Source: Ptychodera flava (lineage: Eukaryota). Taken from it: a DNA stretch of 64,000 nt. Each line of letters starts with the position of its first letter. Position 1 is the stretch's first letter. Below are positions 14,627-27,173 of this stretch, piece by piece. The position numbers and the translations under genes are program-made. The notes beneath the pieces were generated by a model that did not search any database, was not told the origin of the DNA, and was given only the letters and a program-made list of their open reading frames with translations. The stretch lies in contig NC_091939.1 in the NCBI RefSeq assembly GCF_041260155.1, positions 23,835,744-23,899,743 of the forward strand. Reading direction: 5' to 3'.

Positions 14627-14727
14627 GCATCAACATCTTGAAAACATTTGAGTTTATCAGGAAATATCTCTGACAGCAGGACACTGACATATTCACATCC
14701 GCATTCTGTTATCTTGGACTGTAAATG
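14627..14727 (-). CDS. DPH1: DPH1 exon 10, encoding HLQSKITECGCEYVSVLLSEIFPDKLKCFQDVD plus gc.
   Basis: This matches human [33 protein letters not shown]. The acceptor is ttgtgtttattccacag|CAT and the donor is GATGC|gtaagt. It ends in phase 2; gc plus g from the next exon gives Ala ahead of WIQVACP. Confidence 0.88.
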
Positions 14728-14759
14728 CTGTGGAATAAACACAACTGACACATTAAGAT

Positions 14760-15110
14760 AGTTTGCACCTTGAAAATGAAGGACTCAAACTTTTGCTCAA
14801 ACTTTCCTTGAGGAAATTTTCAACAAGTCTCTTTCAAAATTAAGAATCAAAATCGGGGGTCACTGTGCCAATTTTGGTACAAGAGAAACACATTACCCAA
14901 TATTCACCGATACTTAACATTCAAAATGGCCGCCACCCTTGCCTTATTCCTATTGGAGCAAATAAAACTTTCTACTTTTACAAAACTAAGCCGGTGAAAA
15001 AACTTCATTTATTCCATGAGTTTCAAAATGAGTCATCACAAATGATAGGCTAAAAAAAAAATTATGAAAGTTTTAGAGTCTGAATATCTGTCCCAGAAGC
15101 CATTCCACTC
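14760..15110 (+). mobile_element. MITE family A, full copy of about 350 bp. The TIR is GGTAGWATGCGCCTCG-like, with internal motifs aaaatcgggggtcac and caaaatggccgcc.
   Basis: It is full-length colinear with 19778-20131 and, in reverse complement, with 45871-46193, 62748-63097 and 63341-63670. Confidence 0.8.
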
Positions 15111-15409
15111 TAATTATAAGTAATCTGTGCCTTGAAACAGAGAGTTTTAAACTTTTGCCAAAACTACTATTTTCTTTCATGATTATGAATTGCAATTAGA
15201 GATCAACATGCAACGTTTGGATTAGATAACAATACTAGCAATTCAGCTTGATGGGGAATGATAAAATTTTCAATTTCAGAAAAACAAGGTGGTGATAATG
15301 TCACTCACTCCGCGGGCTTCAAAATGAGCTAACACAAGCGGCAGAGCAGAAAAATACAGCTAAAATTTGAGTGTCGGAAACAAATTGTCTCTGAGATTCA
15401 TTCTACTTT

Positions 15410-15640
15410 AAAGGGGAAGTTCACCAAGGCTGATTTTTACATATGTGCTGGCTTTGGAATCGCTTGTTTCGGAAAAGCCAGTTTTTGCAAAAACAGATAA
15501 AAATAGTGGCGGAAGTTGCAATTTAGGGCCCGGAGTAAACGTGAGTGAGTGGACAAAGGAGAGAAATGGCTTTTCCAGAATAAGTGACCCCAAAGCTAGC
15601 ACATATGTGAAAATTAGCCTTGGTGAACTTCCCGTTTATT
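15410..15640. repeat. Hairpin element of about 230 bp with about 50-bp inverted termini.
   Basis: aaggggaagttcaccaaggctgatttttacatatgtgctggctttgg is the reverse complement of ccaaagctagcacatatgtgaaaattagccttggtgaacttcccg. Listed ORFs 15408(-) and 15445(+) are mirror translations of it. Confidence 0.6.
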
Positions 15641-16620
15641 GAACTATTCAGGAACCACTTCCTTGAGGAACAATACTAGGATACTTACTACCAACTATGT
15701 AACAATGTTTTGCTCATCTACAGTGGGGACCTTGTCAAGTGTTGTGCAACAGAGCTTTCCCTCACAGACAGTACCATTATTTGGGGGGGGATGGCCGAGG
15801 GGCATGAGGGACTACAAAAAGGGTGTCAATGGAATGCTATGTTGGAACGTGAATGTTGAGAACTACCTGTTCATCGATGCCTGCTTAGAACTATGCACTT
15901 GTTCAACAAATACTATATTCTGTCTTTTAACGCATCACTTCACTGGCAGAAACAGAATGTTGTTTGATTAAAAAGTTGACAGTGGCCTATTTTAATTAAG
16001 TGTTCTGTTAAATTTCCATCATTTCAACTCAAGTTCTGCTTATTTTGGAATTGTGTTTAAAACATGAGTGTGGATTTTTCTCTAATTTACTCTAAACAGT
16101 TACTCAAATTGCAAACATTAGGCTTTATTCTGAATCAGAGGGATTTCATTTCAACATTGCTTTTTATCAGCAAGCACAATAAATGACAGCCCCTCACACC
16201 CCTCAGCCACCCCAACAAATAATGGTATAGTTTTTGTGGCAGCTCTGTGGCACGACACTTGACAAAGTCTGATCGATTTGAGACCTGTGAAGCAACTTTT
16301 CTTTTGACTATAATGTGTTTATTGTATGAATCAAAATTTTTCTGATACATTTCTTATATATTTAACAAAAAAGAATGGCAAAAATTTTGAATGTCAAATT
16401 TTCAGTTTATCTTATGTAAAATATTCAAATTTCCTCAAGAGCCAAGGTGAAACTCTAAAAACAGACTAAATATCAAGTATGAGAAATCTTAAGAGCCCAG
16501 GGGGAAAACCCTAATTGACCTATTATCTTCTCACTGCTTGAGGGAAACGCCCCCAATTTTTCTCACTGTTTTTTGTCTTCATAAACATAGTAAGTACTAC
16601 TAAAAACATTTGCAATTTAC

Positions 16621-16777
16621 CTCAAAAATTTTAGGAGATCCCTGTCTTCCGAGCGTTCCCAGAATAAGCCCAAACCTCTTCGCTTTGGAAGCTCTGGAAA
16701 TTGCGTCTCTTCTGACTTGGTGCATCTCCTTTGTTTCATAATATTCTCTGGAGAATACTTTACTGTAAGGGTCATAT
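16621..16777 (-). CDS. DPH1: DPH1 exon 9, encoding (R)[52 protein letters not shown].
   Basis: This matches human [52 protein letters not shown]. The acceptor is ctgtactttcag|A and the donor is TTTGAG|gtaaat, ending in phase 0. Confidence 0.92.
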
Positions 16778-18989
16778 CTGAAAGTACAGGGGGTGGGGGA
16801 GTGACTTGTTAAAGCTCTGTTTGGTGTAACTTCAGATGTGTTTTCAAGAATTGTTTTCCTGTTTGTAAAGTAGTTTCTTGTTCTATACAACTCATGTTAA
16901 AATGCCTCTGTCATGTTCAACTTGTCAAAAGACCTTATGAGTGTATCGTTGGTCTAACAATCTCCATCAACGTCGAGGTAGTGTCAGCAGGGATAATCCT
17001 TTGTATTTCATTGTACTTCAGGGCGATGAATATGAAAATGAGTTTCTCCAATGGGGCAAAGCGGTGAAACTATTGTGAAATAGTTATAGATATATCGTCT
17101 CTTTATAGTTGGCGACTGATTTGTTTTTGTGCAGTGAAATATTGACTGTGGACACATGTATGTATTGTCCCAGCACCATCCCTCCACCCACCGGTCTGGA
17201 AACAGCTCCTGTTTCTTTGTTCCGAGCCGCGTTGCGGGTAAACATATCAATTACAAAAAATCCGTGAATCCCTGACACCTTAAAGGTGACACGTATGTGA
17301 ATATGTATGAAAAATATGGTAATTCTAACCAAAATTACCAGAATGCACTGCGATATTCACTACAGCGATTTTGCTGAATAAACTTGTCGAGACCGAAATA
17401 TATTGTAACACAAACTTTTCGATCTTCAGGTGGGAGCCTCAAGGCTCTTTCACATTTTTATACATAATAATTCATTTCTTTTCAAAGCTGTTGCGTACCC
17501 TTTTGGCCTCCAAAACAGATTGAGCTTGCAAGGAATCGCCGCTGGACAACTGTGCGCGACTGTACCCCTAAGTCTTAAAACGGATAAACAAAGACACAAA
17601 CAAAATCACTATCCCAAAAATCATCGTTTCGGAAGAAAAAACATCAAAATAAGTGTCTCACCATTCGTAAAATACCGTAAATTTAATGTTCAATGACTGA
17701 AATATGCTGAGTTGGATTAGATTCAAACATGGAAGGGAGGAAAAAACTTCGTGACCGAAGAACCAACCTGCGCGATCAAAGTTTCATAATGTCGTCGCGG
17801 CAAACTCAACAGCATTCCGAAACATCGAATGCATTAACTTTGAGTAATGTTAGAATGAAAATTGATTCTAGAAAATAAGCTTTTAGGAAGGTTTACACCT
17901 CGAAAGTCGAATTTCAGGGGGAATTTTACAGGTTGATTGGCAATTTTCGTTGTTCAAAAAACGCATGGCCGACCTATGGTGGCCACCATCTTGATTTTTA
18001 ACAACAAATGCATAATCGAAAACTTGGGCATTTTTAAAAACAGAACAGAGTAAACGACAAAAACCACACTACTACCAATTTTTAAAACCCCATGGCTGAT
18101 TGATCACGCCAAAGTCATTTAGATTTCTTCTTATTTCTACAAGTGAAAGGGGGAGGAGTTTCGTAATATAAGGTGCCTCTTCCTACCTAGCAAGGTCAAA
18201 TTTGGTGGGTGAAAATCGATGGAAAAACACGGAAAATCATGGATGAAAATCTAAAAGAAATTCTCTCAATAAACAGTTTCTCAGTTGTATCAGAAATCCT
18301 GGCTATGGTAACAAAGTTACCTGAGGAGCAAAGACATGACAATAAATAAAATACTCCGCACCGCAAGATGTTGCCAAACGCTACTGATGGCGTCCCAAGC
18401 TAGCATTTACATCCGCAACATGCTTCGTACCTACAGTAGAGCAATTAACACCTTTAAAAAATAGCCCGCGTGTGGCATTTCAAGACCGGTGGGTGGAGGG
18501 ACTGTGTCCCAGCTTTCCTTGTGTATTTTGATTGGGTGCATTTCATGCATATTCATCTCAAATCACTCACTGCATCACTACCACAGGGTGGCAGCGCTTG
18601 GACAAAGGCTGAGATTGTTATCACCACTGACAGGCATGTCATAATTTTAAATACCACCTTTTTTACAAACCGAAAAGAAACCGAAAGGGTATTAGGATAT
18701 AATGTAAGGCTACATGCACATATTTTTCCCTAGCTTGTTATCCAAAACTGAAGAATGGGTGAATGTGCAGCATCTCGGAAGCTCTTATTCAATGGTTTTC
18801 TGAATCTTACCGTTATAATTGAATAATACAAAAAGACTCCCTATGTTGCTGTGAATAGTGACAATCGACCAATCAGATATAACCTTCCGAGCATGCTGCA
18901 CATCAGCATGGACGAATAAATGCAAAAGAATGTACAAATACCCAGGTACATATCATGCTTTGGAAAAACATCATGGACAAACGTTTCCT

Positions 18990-19260
18990 GTTTAACCCTT
19001 TGAGTGCCAAAGTCAATGTCTGTTGCCTTTATAGAATATAATGCCAACAATTTTTTTTCAGATTGAGACAATTTTTTACAGATTTTTTCCAAAATTTTGG
19101 TCAAAAACAGCAGCCAATGACAAGTTATGTCCACTTGGTAAAATAATATGAGAAAAATTACAGAAAAATTTTTTAAAATTGGTAAAATGTTGCATTGAAA
19201 TTTTGGTCGGAAAAAATAACTGCTTGTCAATGTCTCATGAGGCACGGAAATTCAGGATGC
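18990..19260 (+). repeat. Dispersed repeat family C of about 270 bp, copy 1.
   Basis: It is colinear with 32030-32300 (ctttgagtgccaaagtcaat...attttggtc.gaaaaaat). Confidence 0.55.
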
Positions 19261-19777
19261 TTTTTTTTTGTGGCAGCATAAGCCCTCCCTGACAGGATGC
19301 GACCACCACATGGAATGTGCATCATCCCTTGGTGATTTCTCTCACCAGGAAATCCCTTTGCTAAGGCACATAGATTTGACAACACATAGAGGATAATTCA
19401 TGTCTAGAATACTAATTGGCCAGTCCAGGTGTCACAAACTAAGATTTAGAAAACCTCTCATTTTACTTCAGAAGAACATGTACACACCCATTTTAGCTTG
19501 ATTGCACTACCTGTAATAAAAATTGGCATTCACGTGGAGTAATTTGAACATTTTTTAACATTTTTGAAAGGTAACAGTAGGTACACATTAGCAGTAAACC
19601 TTGAAAGCCTTATTTTGGGCTATTTTTACAATGGTACAAAATAAGACTCGGAAAATGACTTTGTCCTTTAATACAATGCCCTCAAATGTCAGTTGCATAC
19701 TGTAAGCCACTTTGCAATAGCTACATGCTTTTTTAGTGTTTTACTGCATTTGGCAGGTTTTATAATTTAAGGTACAT

Positions 19778-20131
19778 GTAGTTCGCGCCTCGGAAGTAAA
19801 AGACTTAAACTTTTGCTCAAACTTTTCTTAAGGAATCATTCAACCATTTACTTTCAAAATCAAGAATAAAAATCGGGGGTCACCGTGCAAAATTTTGGCA
19901 CTAGAGAAACAAATACATAACTCAAGATTTACCAATATTTGAAATTCAAAATGGCCGCCATTCCTGTGTTAACTCTATGAAGAAAAATGAAACTTTCGAA
20001 TTTCGAAAAACTAAGCCGATGAAAAGTTTTCTTTCACCAAGAGCTTTAAAATGAATCCCTACAAGTGGTATATCAGAAAAGAATGAAAAAGTTTGGGAGT
20101 CTGAATATCTGTCCCCTAGGTGCATTCTACC
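19778..20131 (+). mobile_element. MITE family A, full copy.
   Basis: Its ends are gtagttcgcgcctcgg and cctaggtgcattctacc, an inverted pair. Confidence 0.8.
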
Positions 20132-20454
20132 TTAACTAGAATGACATCTTAACCATGGTAAGTCTTTCCCTTTACAGATGCATACTACATGTACCTGAAG
20201 AGTAATTGAGCCACTTGATACGCCATTGGAAGAATGGTGCAGACGACAGCGATTGCTAACTTAACCTTGCAAAAAACAAACTATCCCAAATTCCTGTCAG
20301 AGTTCTCATCACGTAAATTAAGCCAGAAGGCTCTCCCGAGAGGATGTCAATGACGTCTTTTCATTGTCTCTGGTGAACTTCTCAAGGATGTACATGGTTG
20401 TCACAGATGTGAGTATGCCCGTGTGAGTTACACGACAGATGAAGACAAACCTAC

Positions 20455-20523
20455 CTGTACGCTGGTATCTCTGGGTTGGCTATCATAATGGATTCCAGGT
20501 GAAATCTTCCATCACCGATGTAA
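20455..20523 (-). CDS. DPH1: DPH1 exon 8, encoding (I)[22 protein letters not shown] plus ag.
   Basis: This matches human [23 protein letters not shown]. The acceptor is tttttaag|T and the donor is gtacag|gtaggt. Phases fit exons 7 and 9. Confidence 0.9.
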
Positions 20524-21707
20524 CTTAAAAATTAAGGAATAATGAAAAGGCAAATCAAATCTGTTACTATGGCTACACAGATAATTGGTGTTTCTACTGT
20601 CACTTCCCGATCTTCTTAATCGGTAGAAAGCAGTATTGTGCCCAAAACCTTTTATCTACTTGACATGGTACATTTCAACAGGCCTAGTCAGTAAACATCA
20701 TGTATACAGTACTGTATGTCGGTTGTCAAATGTTCTTCATGTCTTTGATAAATGTACATACGGACCTGCTATGCTACGCTGGATTTAATCAACTTGACCT
20801 GATGGTGACATGTGAACTTGGCAGGATAAGGGTTTATAGAGAGAGGTTTCCAAAGGAAAAATAAAAAAGAAATAACTATTTTTCAATGCGTTGAAGGACA
20901 CACAGCGTAACAGGTGACATTGATGCCTGTGATATCACCAGAATGCCACGTCTACGTGAAAGATCTGACATCTGTGATTCTTACAATTTGACATGACCGT
21001 TTTCAGTATATTAAAAGGGTTCATATCAAAAAAAATGTGGAATTGCTAGCTGTATTTCCTTATTGATCACAGTGGATCTCAAACTGTCATTTTGGAATTC
21101 AAAGCTCCCAGTTTGCATCTGGGCCTGATTTTGTCGACAAGTCATTACAGCCTTTGCAGTGCATTTGAAGAATACTTTTCACAAAGGTCGTGACAAGTCT
21201 TGCGTTTAAAGGGTCTTGAAGTTCTTATCCAAAAGAATAGAGTGTTCATTCATAGACAGATGGTAATCTTTTTATTCTAAAACAAGATAAGAACCAACGC
21301 ACACAGCTGAAGTGGAAATAACTCAACATGGATTTAAATCAAAAAGGTGAAATGAAATGAAGTCACAGCTGGAGCTGGCACAGCAGAAACATTTTATAAA
21401 AGCAATGCAAGCTATTTTTATCAATGTGAGAAGGGTCTTTTATCTAACCTTTATATAATACTTGACAATCCCTCTATTTCAAAAGGGTTTACAACTATTA
21501 AAGATGATGTCAAAAGAAGTTTCAGATCAGCTGGAGCTAACAGAACAGCTACACGTTACCATGATTGTGACCAATGTAGAGAGGGTTCTTGTTTGAAACC
21601 TATATCAATACTGCAGGATCCTTGCATGAAAGTCAATTCTGGTCTGGTTATGACTCCATAACATGACAGGCATATTACTCATATCGTAGATTGAAGATAT
21701 AACTTAC

Positions 21708-21826
21708 ATGATGACATCAACGTTTTGGAGATGTGGGGATGTACAGCCCAGAATTTCTCCCGGGGACAAGGGCTTACTCTGCGGAACCAAGATCTTGTAG
21801 TCACCACTCAACTCCTGGTGGGCAGC
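21708..21826 (-). CDS. DPH1: DPH1 exon 7, encoding [39 protein letters not shown] plus at.
   Basis: This matches human [31 protein letters not shown], including the GCTSP cysteine. The acceptor is tttattccacag|GCT and the donor is ATCAT|gtaagt. The upstream part of listed ORF 21704..21910 resembles a MITE and was excluded. Confidence 0.8.
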
Positions 21827-22597
21827 CTGTGGAATAAATTCATAATACACTGTTAACAAGTCACTGTCAATGACACAGTCCCCGCCAAATATAAACTTGT
21901 CAATGTGCAACTGTAAAAGTCTACAAATGTTATTGTAAATGCAGTGTCCAAGTCCAGAAATAGCAAATCTGCAAAAGATTGTTTCCTTTTTCTCTTTGAA
22001 TTAAAGTGATATATCCTGAAAGTACCTTGTCTTGCTTAACACAAATGGAGCAAGTCTAGTCTACTCGCTTTGTGCTCTAAGACACTATTGGGTTTTAGGG
22101 TCACCAGGTCAAACACCAGTGAGGACAAATTACATTTGACATCAACATTTTTTGAGATGGAGAGACGCACACACTCTAAAATAGGCACTACCGGTACATT
22201 GGACTAACTCTTGCATAACGGTGAGTTCCAGCATAGACAGTAGTGACAGTGGTGTCTATGGTTCCAGACCTCGGTACATGTATGGCCCGGGTAGCAGACT
22301 ACATTTAGCTATTTAAGGATGGTTAATTCAAGACTTAAGCATGGTGTTGTGCCCTGGAGCAAGCCAAATTAAGCCTCATTGCTCATATGGCTGGTTAGTT
22401 TGCTGTCTAGGTACTTCAACCTATATACGGGATTCAAAATGGATTAAATTGAACATGGAGTAACTGAAATTTTCTACTGCTTAACACGCTTCCTTGTGGG
22501 TGTAACCCTTCATTGTCATTATAGTTACACAAATACCTTGTCAATATATGTCGAAAATTTGTCTGACAAGTGATTGAGTCAAATGTATATTGCACAA

Positions 22598-24720
22598 TAG
22601 AAATAACGGGCGACGCGCTGACCATTAACGTTTATTTATGGGCAAGGGCGAGAGGAAAGCCAAAAATTAACGGGCGAGGCTTGCCGAGCCCGTTAATTTG
22701 GCTTTCCTTGAGCCCGCGCCCATAAATAAACGTTAATGGTCAGAGCGGAGTCTGTTATTTCCATTATATTATCAACGAACCGAAGAAAACCGTCAAAATT
22801 TGTGAAAATTTCCGGAGTGAACGACAACTGGGCCCCAGAACTGAGCAATATGCAACAAATGTCACGCGCGCTGTAAAAAATTGGCAAATCTCGAGATATT
22901 TTCAGAAAAAAGTATCTCAACTTGGCCCACAAGTGCTCCATTTTATTTGTGGATTGATTATGATTTACGTTTGAGCTGTAAAGTTACGATACTTTGAGTT
23001 GTTAATCTTATTATGCATATTCCACGGCATGTAAACAGACCATTACTGTGTATTTGTGGTCAGTCACCGTGTTTCAGCTCGCCAATCAAAATGCGACAGC
23101 CAGGCATGGTAATATAATGCACATTATATTACCATGCCCTGTCCATCGCGTTTTGATTGGTCGAGCTGAACCATGTGACTGCCCACAAATATACAGTAAT
23201 GGTTTGTTTTTCGTGAATATGAATAACATCGTAAACATAGTAACTTTACAGTTAAAATGAAAATTGTGATTTGTACAAAGATCATAATCAACCACAAAAT
23301 AAAATGGAGCATTTGTGGGCCAAGTTTAGACGCTGTTTTTCAAAAAATACCGCAATTATACGGTGTCGCTCAAATTTGATCAGAATTGGTATATACCAGT
23401 ATGGGTTACCAATGATCAACAATAAATGTTGTTTCTATCTGTTCAGTGGAGGAAAATTCTACGTTGATGTTATGGCATGATTTCTGCACAGTACAACCAG
23501 AAAAACAACAAGAAATATTTAAACCAGAAAACAAGAATGACAAAAGTAACTAGAAAGCATTTGCAAGCAAAAGCGAAGTTCCAGAGACCAGAGCAACGGA
23601 AGAAACAAGAGAATGTGTGACAAAGATAGGTGCAGAATGAAAGAGTGCTTTGGATTTTAATATTCAACTTCAAGCACGTACCTATAGTTAAGGGCTGATA
23701 GCAGTGAACAACCAGAATACAACTAAAAGCAAGGCAGTCCGGGGAATTACAGTACACAGATTACAATGCCTACATGTACAATAAAAACGCAACAGATACA
23801 TACTGGGGCGACAACGCACGGAAATGTATATCAGACGACATTCTCGCGAGCCAGAGCAATAATTTTCGCTCCGCTGACCTACGCAAAAATCAATCGCTTG
23901 ACGGGTAGCGCTGAGTTGTTGCCGTAAAGAGGCGCGTCGTTTACGACGATGATCAGACGAGAGGAAACATCGGACCTAGGCCGTTGAAATTGAAAACCGA
24001 GGCCACATGCATTTTCATTTGATTAAAAGCACAGAATAAAACAATTTTTATTGCTATGTCGCTGTTTTCACAAGATACTGACCGTTTGATCTTGGAAAGT
24101 TGAGTTGCTTTTACGTGCAGCCAACGCATGCTGGTGCGGTGACAGACAGTTGACTATGAATGCCTAGCTCTGCATGGCAGGGCTGTGTTACCGGCGTTAC
24201 TGTAAACGGCCTCGCAGACTGATATAGGAAAAACCGCTGGTGGCTCCTCAGAAATACGGCGGGCAGTTTCTCCGCCAAAACAGCCGATTTTGAATCCAAA
24301 TTTTGCATTGAACTTCGTTTTCGAGCACACCCACCTCGCCTAGGTACACGATGTGCCCAGCCACGCTTGTAAACTTACGGAAAGCCTAATTTTCTCTCTC
24401 TATGCGAGCGAAGCGATCGTACCGCCGCCATTGTTATCTCATTAGCATTCGGGCGAAACAGTATAGCCACGTACGGCGAGTATTTAGAGAAAATCATAAA
24501 GCAACAAAAACAAAGCGTAAGAAAGCTAGAATTATTAATAGCTGAACGCAATATGATAGTTGAGCAATGCAAAATAAAAATAAATAAATAAACACACAAG
24601 AAATGCCCGTAAAACCCGTCCGAGCTGAGCGATGACGTCATAAGCGTGTTGCAATGCATTCTGGGTAATTAAGGTAAAATTTGTGTATAGCATGTTCTAT
24701 GATAGTAATACCGGAAATAG

Positions 24721-24763
<43 letters not shown>

Positions 24764-25578
24764 AGGAAAGTGAGCAAAAACTAACAGTTCCAGAGCTGGT
24801 CTCTGGAACTAATTAAGGTCTGAAACTTTAGGTACTGGAGGTCAACTTTAGCAACATGCATAGCAGAAACAAGCCCCTCTTAGTTTAGTATAAACGGTCT
24901 TCCCCCATCTACTGTCTATGGTTGCAGCTGGTCTGTTAATATGTAACAGTTCATAAACAATGACAGGAAATGAGTCAAGATCAGTGGAGTTTGCCTGTTT
25001 CTCACTGGTATGCCTCCTGCACATTTGCAGACTTTCACTTTTCTTACCTCATTTGCACATTTTTGACACTGATGTGTTCATTTGAACAAATTCACATCTC
25101 AACCCCTGCATCTACACTGTACCTGTACACCAAATACTGAGATGGTAGCTTTGGCGGTATGGGAGCCTTTGTGTGTGACGGACATACATCCGCACATACC
25201 CACAAATATACAGACATACAGACATGCAAATCAGATGCAAATGAACTGATTCAGCTTATACGATAACCTCACATTGGTACACCAAATGTGAGCTAAAAAT
25301 CTCTGGATTTGCAAAATTTTAGCAGCGCGCGCACTACTCACTGACAGGTTCTGGGGCCCCGTTGTCGTTCGCACGGGAAATTTTCGTAAATTTTGACGGT
25401 TTTTCGGGGTTCGTTGATAATGTAATGTAAATAACAGACTCCGCGCTGACCATAAACGTTTATTTATGGGCGCGGGCTCGAGGAAAGCCAAATTAACGGG
25501 CGGGGCTTAATTTTTGGCTTTCCTCTCGCCCTTGCCCATAAATAACGTTAATGGTCAGCACGTCGTCCGTTATTTCTA
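22598..25578. mobile_element. Foldback-like element of about 3 kb with about 275-bp terminal inverted units. Each unit holds a 60-bp-arm hairpin (ccataaataaacgttaatggtcag...). A 166-bp perfect palindrome sits at 23040-23205, with diverged extensions out to about 22900-23340.
   Basis: 22598-22870 is the reverse complement of 25310-25578. The palindrome centre is at about 23123. Listed ORFs 22693..22941(-) and 23271..23480(+) share MEHLWAK..., showing mirror translation of the arms. Confidence 0.6.
24716..24770. repeat. (GAAA)n microsatellite.
   Basis: Read directly. Confidence 0.95.
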
Positions 25579-27018
25579 TAATAAAAAACTTATGTTTGTA
25601 CCTGCTGCATACATGTAGTCACATAATTGTGTTTTTCAAAGTAAAGCTATAAGCAAACTTAGCCAGTTATACAACATCGTCTCCATCAGCAACTGAGATA
25701 GTTAAGATATTATATAATCATTCACTTAATATATTCTTTTGTCATAGCTGTAAAAGAAATTTTTTCTGGAGCAACACTGGCGCAACTAGATTTCTTATTT
25801 TGCTGCAAAATGTTTCAGATGACTTGCTCAGATGTCTGTCTGTCTCTTTCATGGAGAAGCGATCATTTTTGATAAGTCTGATATTCAGAATGAGTGTTGC
25901 ATGAAGGCAAATTTAAATTATATGGCCATGGTGTTCCATTTTTGAAAAGATCTGCAACACTCCAAGCTTTGATATTTGAGTGTATATGTCATTCCGGGAC
26001 ATTTCACTTAATTTGCCTTGAATTTTCAATACAGGGGCTAAATTGTTGTCGTTTCGGCGTGCCCCAATTTTTCTGTTTGCAACAAATTATATTTTACCCA
26101 TAGGCCATGGGTGATTTCTATTCATCATCAGTACGGCAACAAATTTTGACCCTTGCAAAATTGAAGATGGCTTGTTTATTTTTTTTTTGGATAAAAATGT
26201 CAGAGTCCATCTCTTGAAATCAGACGGAAGTCTTTGCTCAAACCAGAGACGAGATGCATGCCATGTCTACAGTATGTTTGCTTTGCTCTTCCTGTGACAT
26301 GGTCAGTTACTGTCACTTGAAAAGCAAGCTATTTTAAGGTGGTCTGATCAAGCAGAGAAGTACAGTCAAACCTGGGTATTGTGGTCACAAAGGGGACCAA
26401 GGAAAAGTGACCGATGTACGGAGATAGCCCTTCTGTAAACGGTGGGTGTGGCATTGCTTTCAGTATAGGTGCTGAATTTCGGGAAAGATAACACTATTAA
26501 CGGCACGCATGGTGAAATTAAATATTGAAAATCTTTGAAAATCATGATAAATGATAATTTCTATTGTAATGCATCTATAAAAATGGTAAAAAAATAGTCA
26601 TTCCTTCATTTCACTGTATGAAATCTTTAACAGACGAGAGTCAGAGTTGCTAACCATTATATGCAGGTTTTTGTACCAAATTGGAGCAACACCATGTGGC
26701 CACTGACCACATAAGAGAGATGGCTGTTTTGTAGAGTGCCTTTAACATGTAAAATGTTACAGGACGTCCACAAGGCGACCACTATAGAGAGGTGACCACT
26801 CTATAAGGATGACCACTAAGACAGGTTTCATGTTGTAGAAAAACATGAAAAGTCATTTTGTAACATTTTACCAAACATCGACTTTTGCAAAGTGAAGCGT
26901 TTCTATCAATGCAGCTGCATGCAAATGGTCACATGGGATTCAATCTTGTGCTCACTCAAGGGAGAGCTGATGACCATACTAAAATTTGCTGACTCCGGTA
27001 GATTTTTTTTCAACTTAC

Positions 27019-27173
27019 CTGGAGGGCTGTTACAAACTGTATTGTGCTGACGAGAGCTATAGATGTGCCGGCCGTGAAGTTGTGCCTCACAGTCTCCGTC
27101 AAGTGCTGCGTGTCTATCTTGATGTCCACAAAGACATACAACATCTTAATGCCTTCGGTCGTGTCAATTGGTA
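27019..27173 (-). CDS. DPH1: DPH1 exon 6, encoding (V)[51 protein letters not shown].
   Basis: This matches human [27 protein letters not shown]...[15 protein letters not shown]. The acceptor is ctctatgtag|TA and the donor is ctccag|gtaagt, ending in phase 0. Confidence 0.9.

Noticed and set aside
15408-15642. Opposite-strand ORFs 15408(-) and 15445(+) with near-identical peptides.
   Set aside because: They arise from a hairpin element with 50-bp inverted termini, so they are mirror translations.
16135-16350. ORF 16135..16350(-) considered as the DPH1 exon encoding the LSEIFP region (…FVKCRATELPQKL…).
   Set aside because: The similarity is weak and no phase-2 donor is available. The true exon (HLQSK...LLSEIFPDKLKCFQDVD) was found at 14627-14727.
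18841-19245. ORF 18841..19245(-), 134 aa.
   Set aside because: It overlaps dispersed repeat family C, which is also at 32030-32300, is AT-rich and has no conserved motifs.
21827-21912. Longer version of DPH1 exon 7 starting at the ttttacag acceptor ([28 protein letters not shown]).
   Set aside because: This stretch is similar to MITE-like sequence at 8020-8060 and lacks the conserved VSTIQF block. That block is supplied by exon 6, which ends in phase 0 and joins cleanly to the shorter exon 7.
22693-23480. ORFs 22693..22941(-), 23086..23312(-), 23048..23260(+) and 23271..23480(+).
   Set aside because: They are mirror-image translations of the two arms of the large palindrome, sharing MEHLWAK..., and have no independent coding support.
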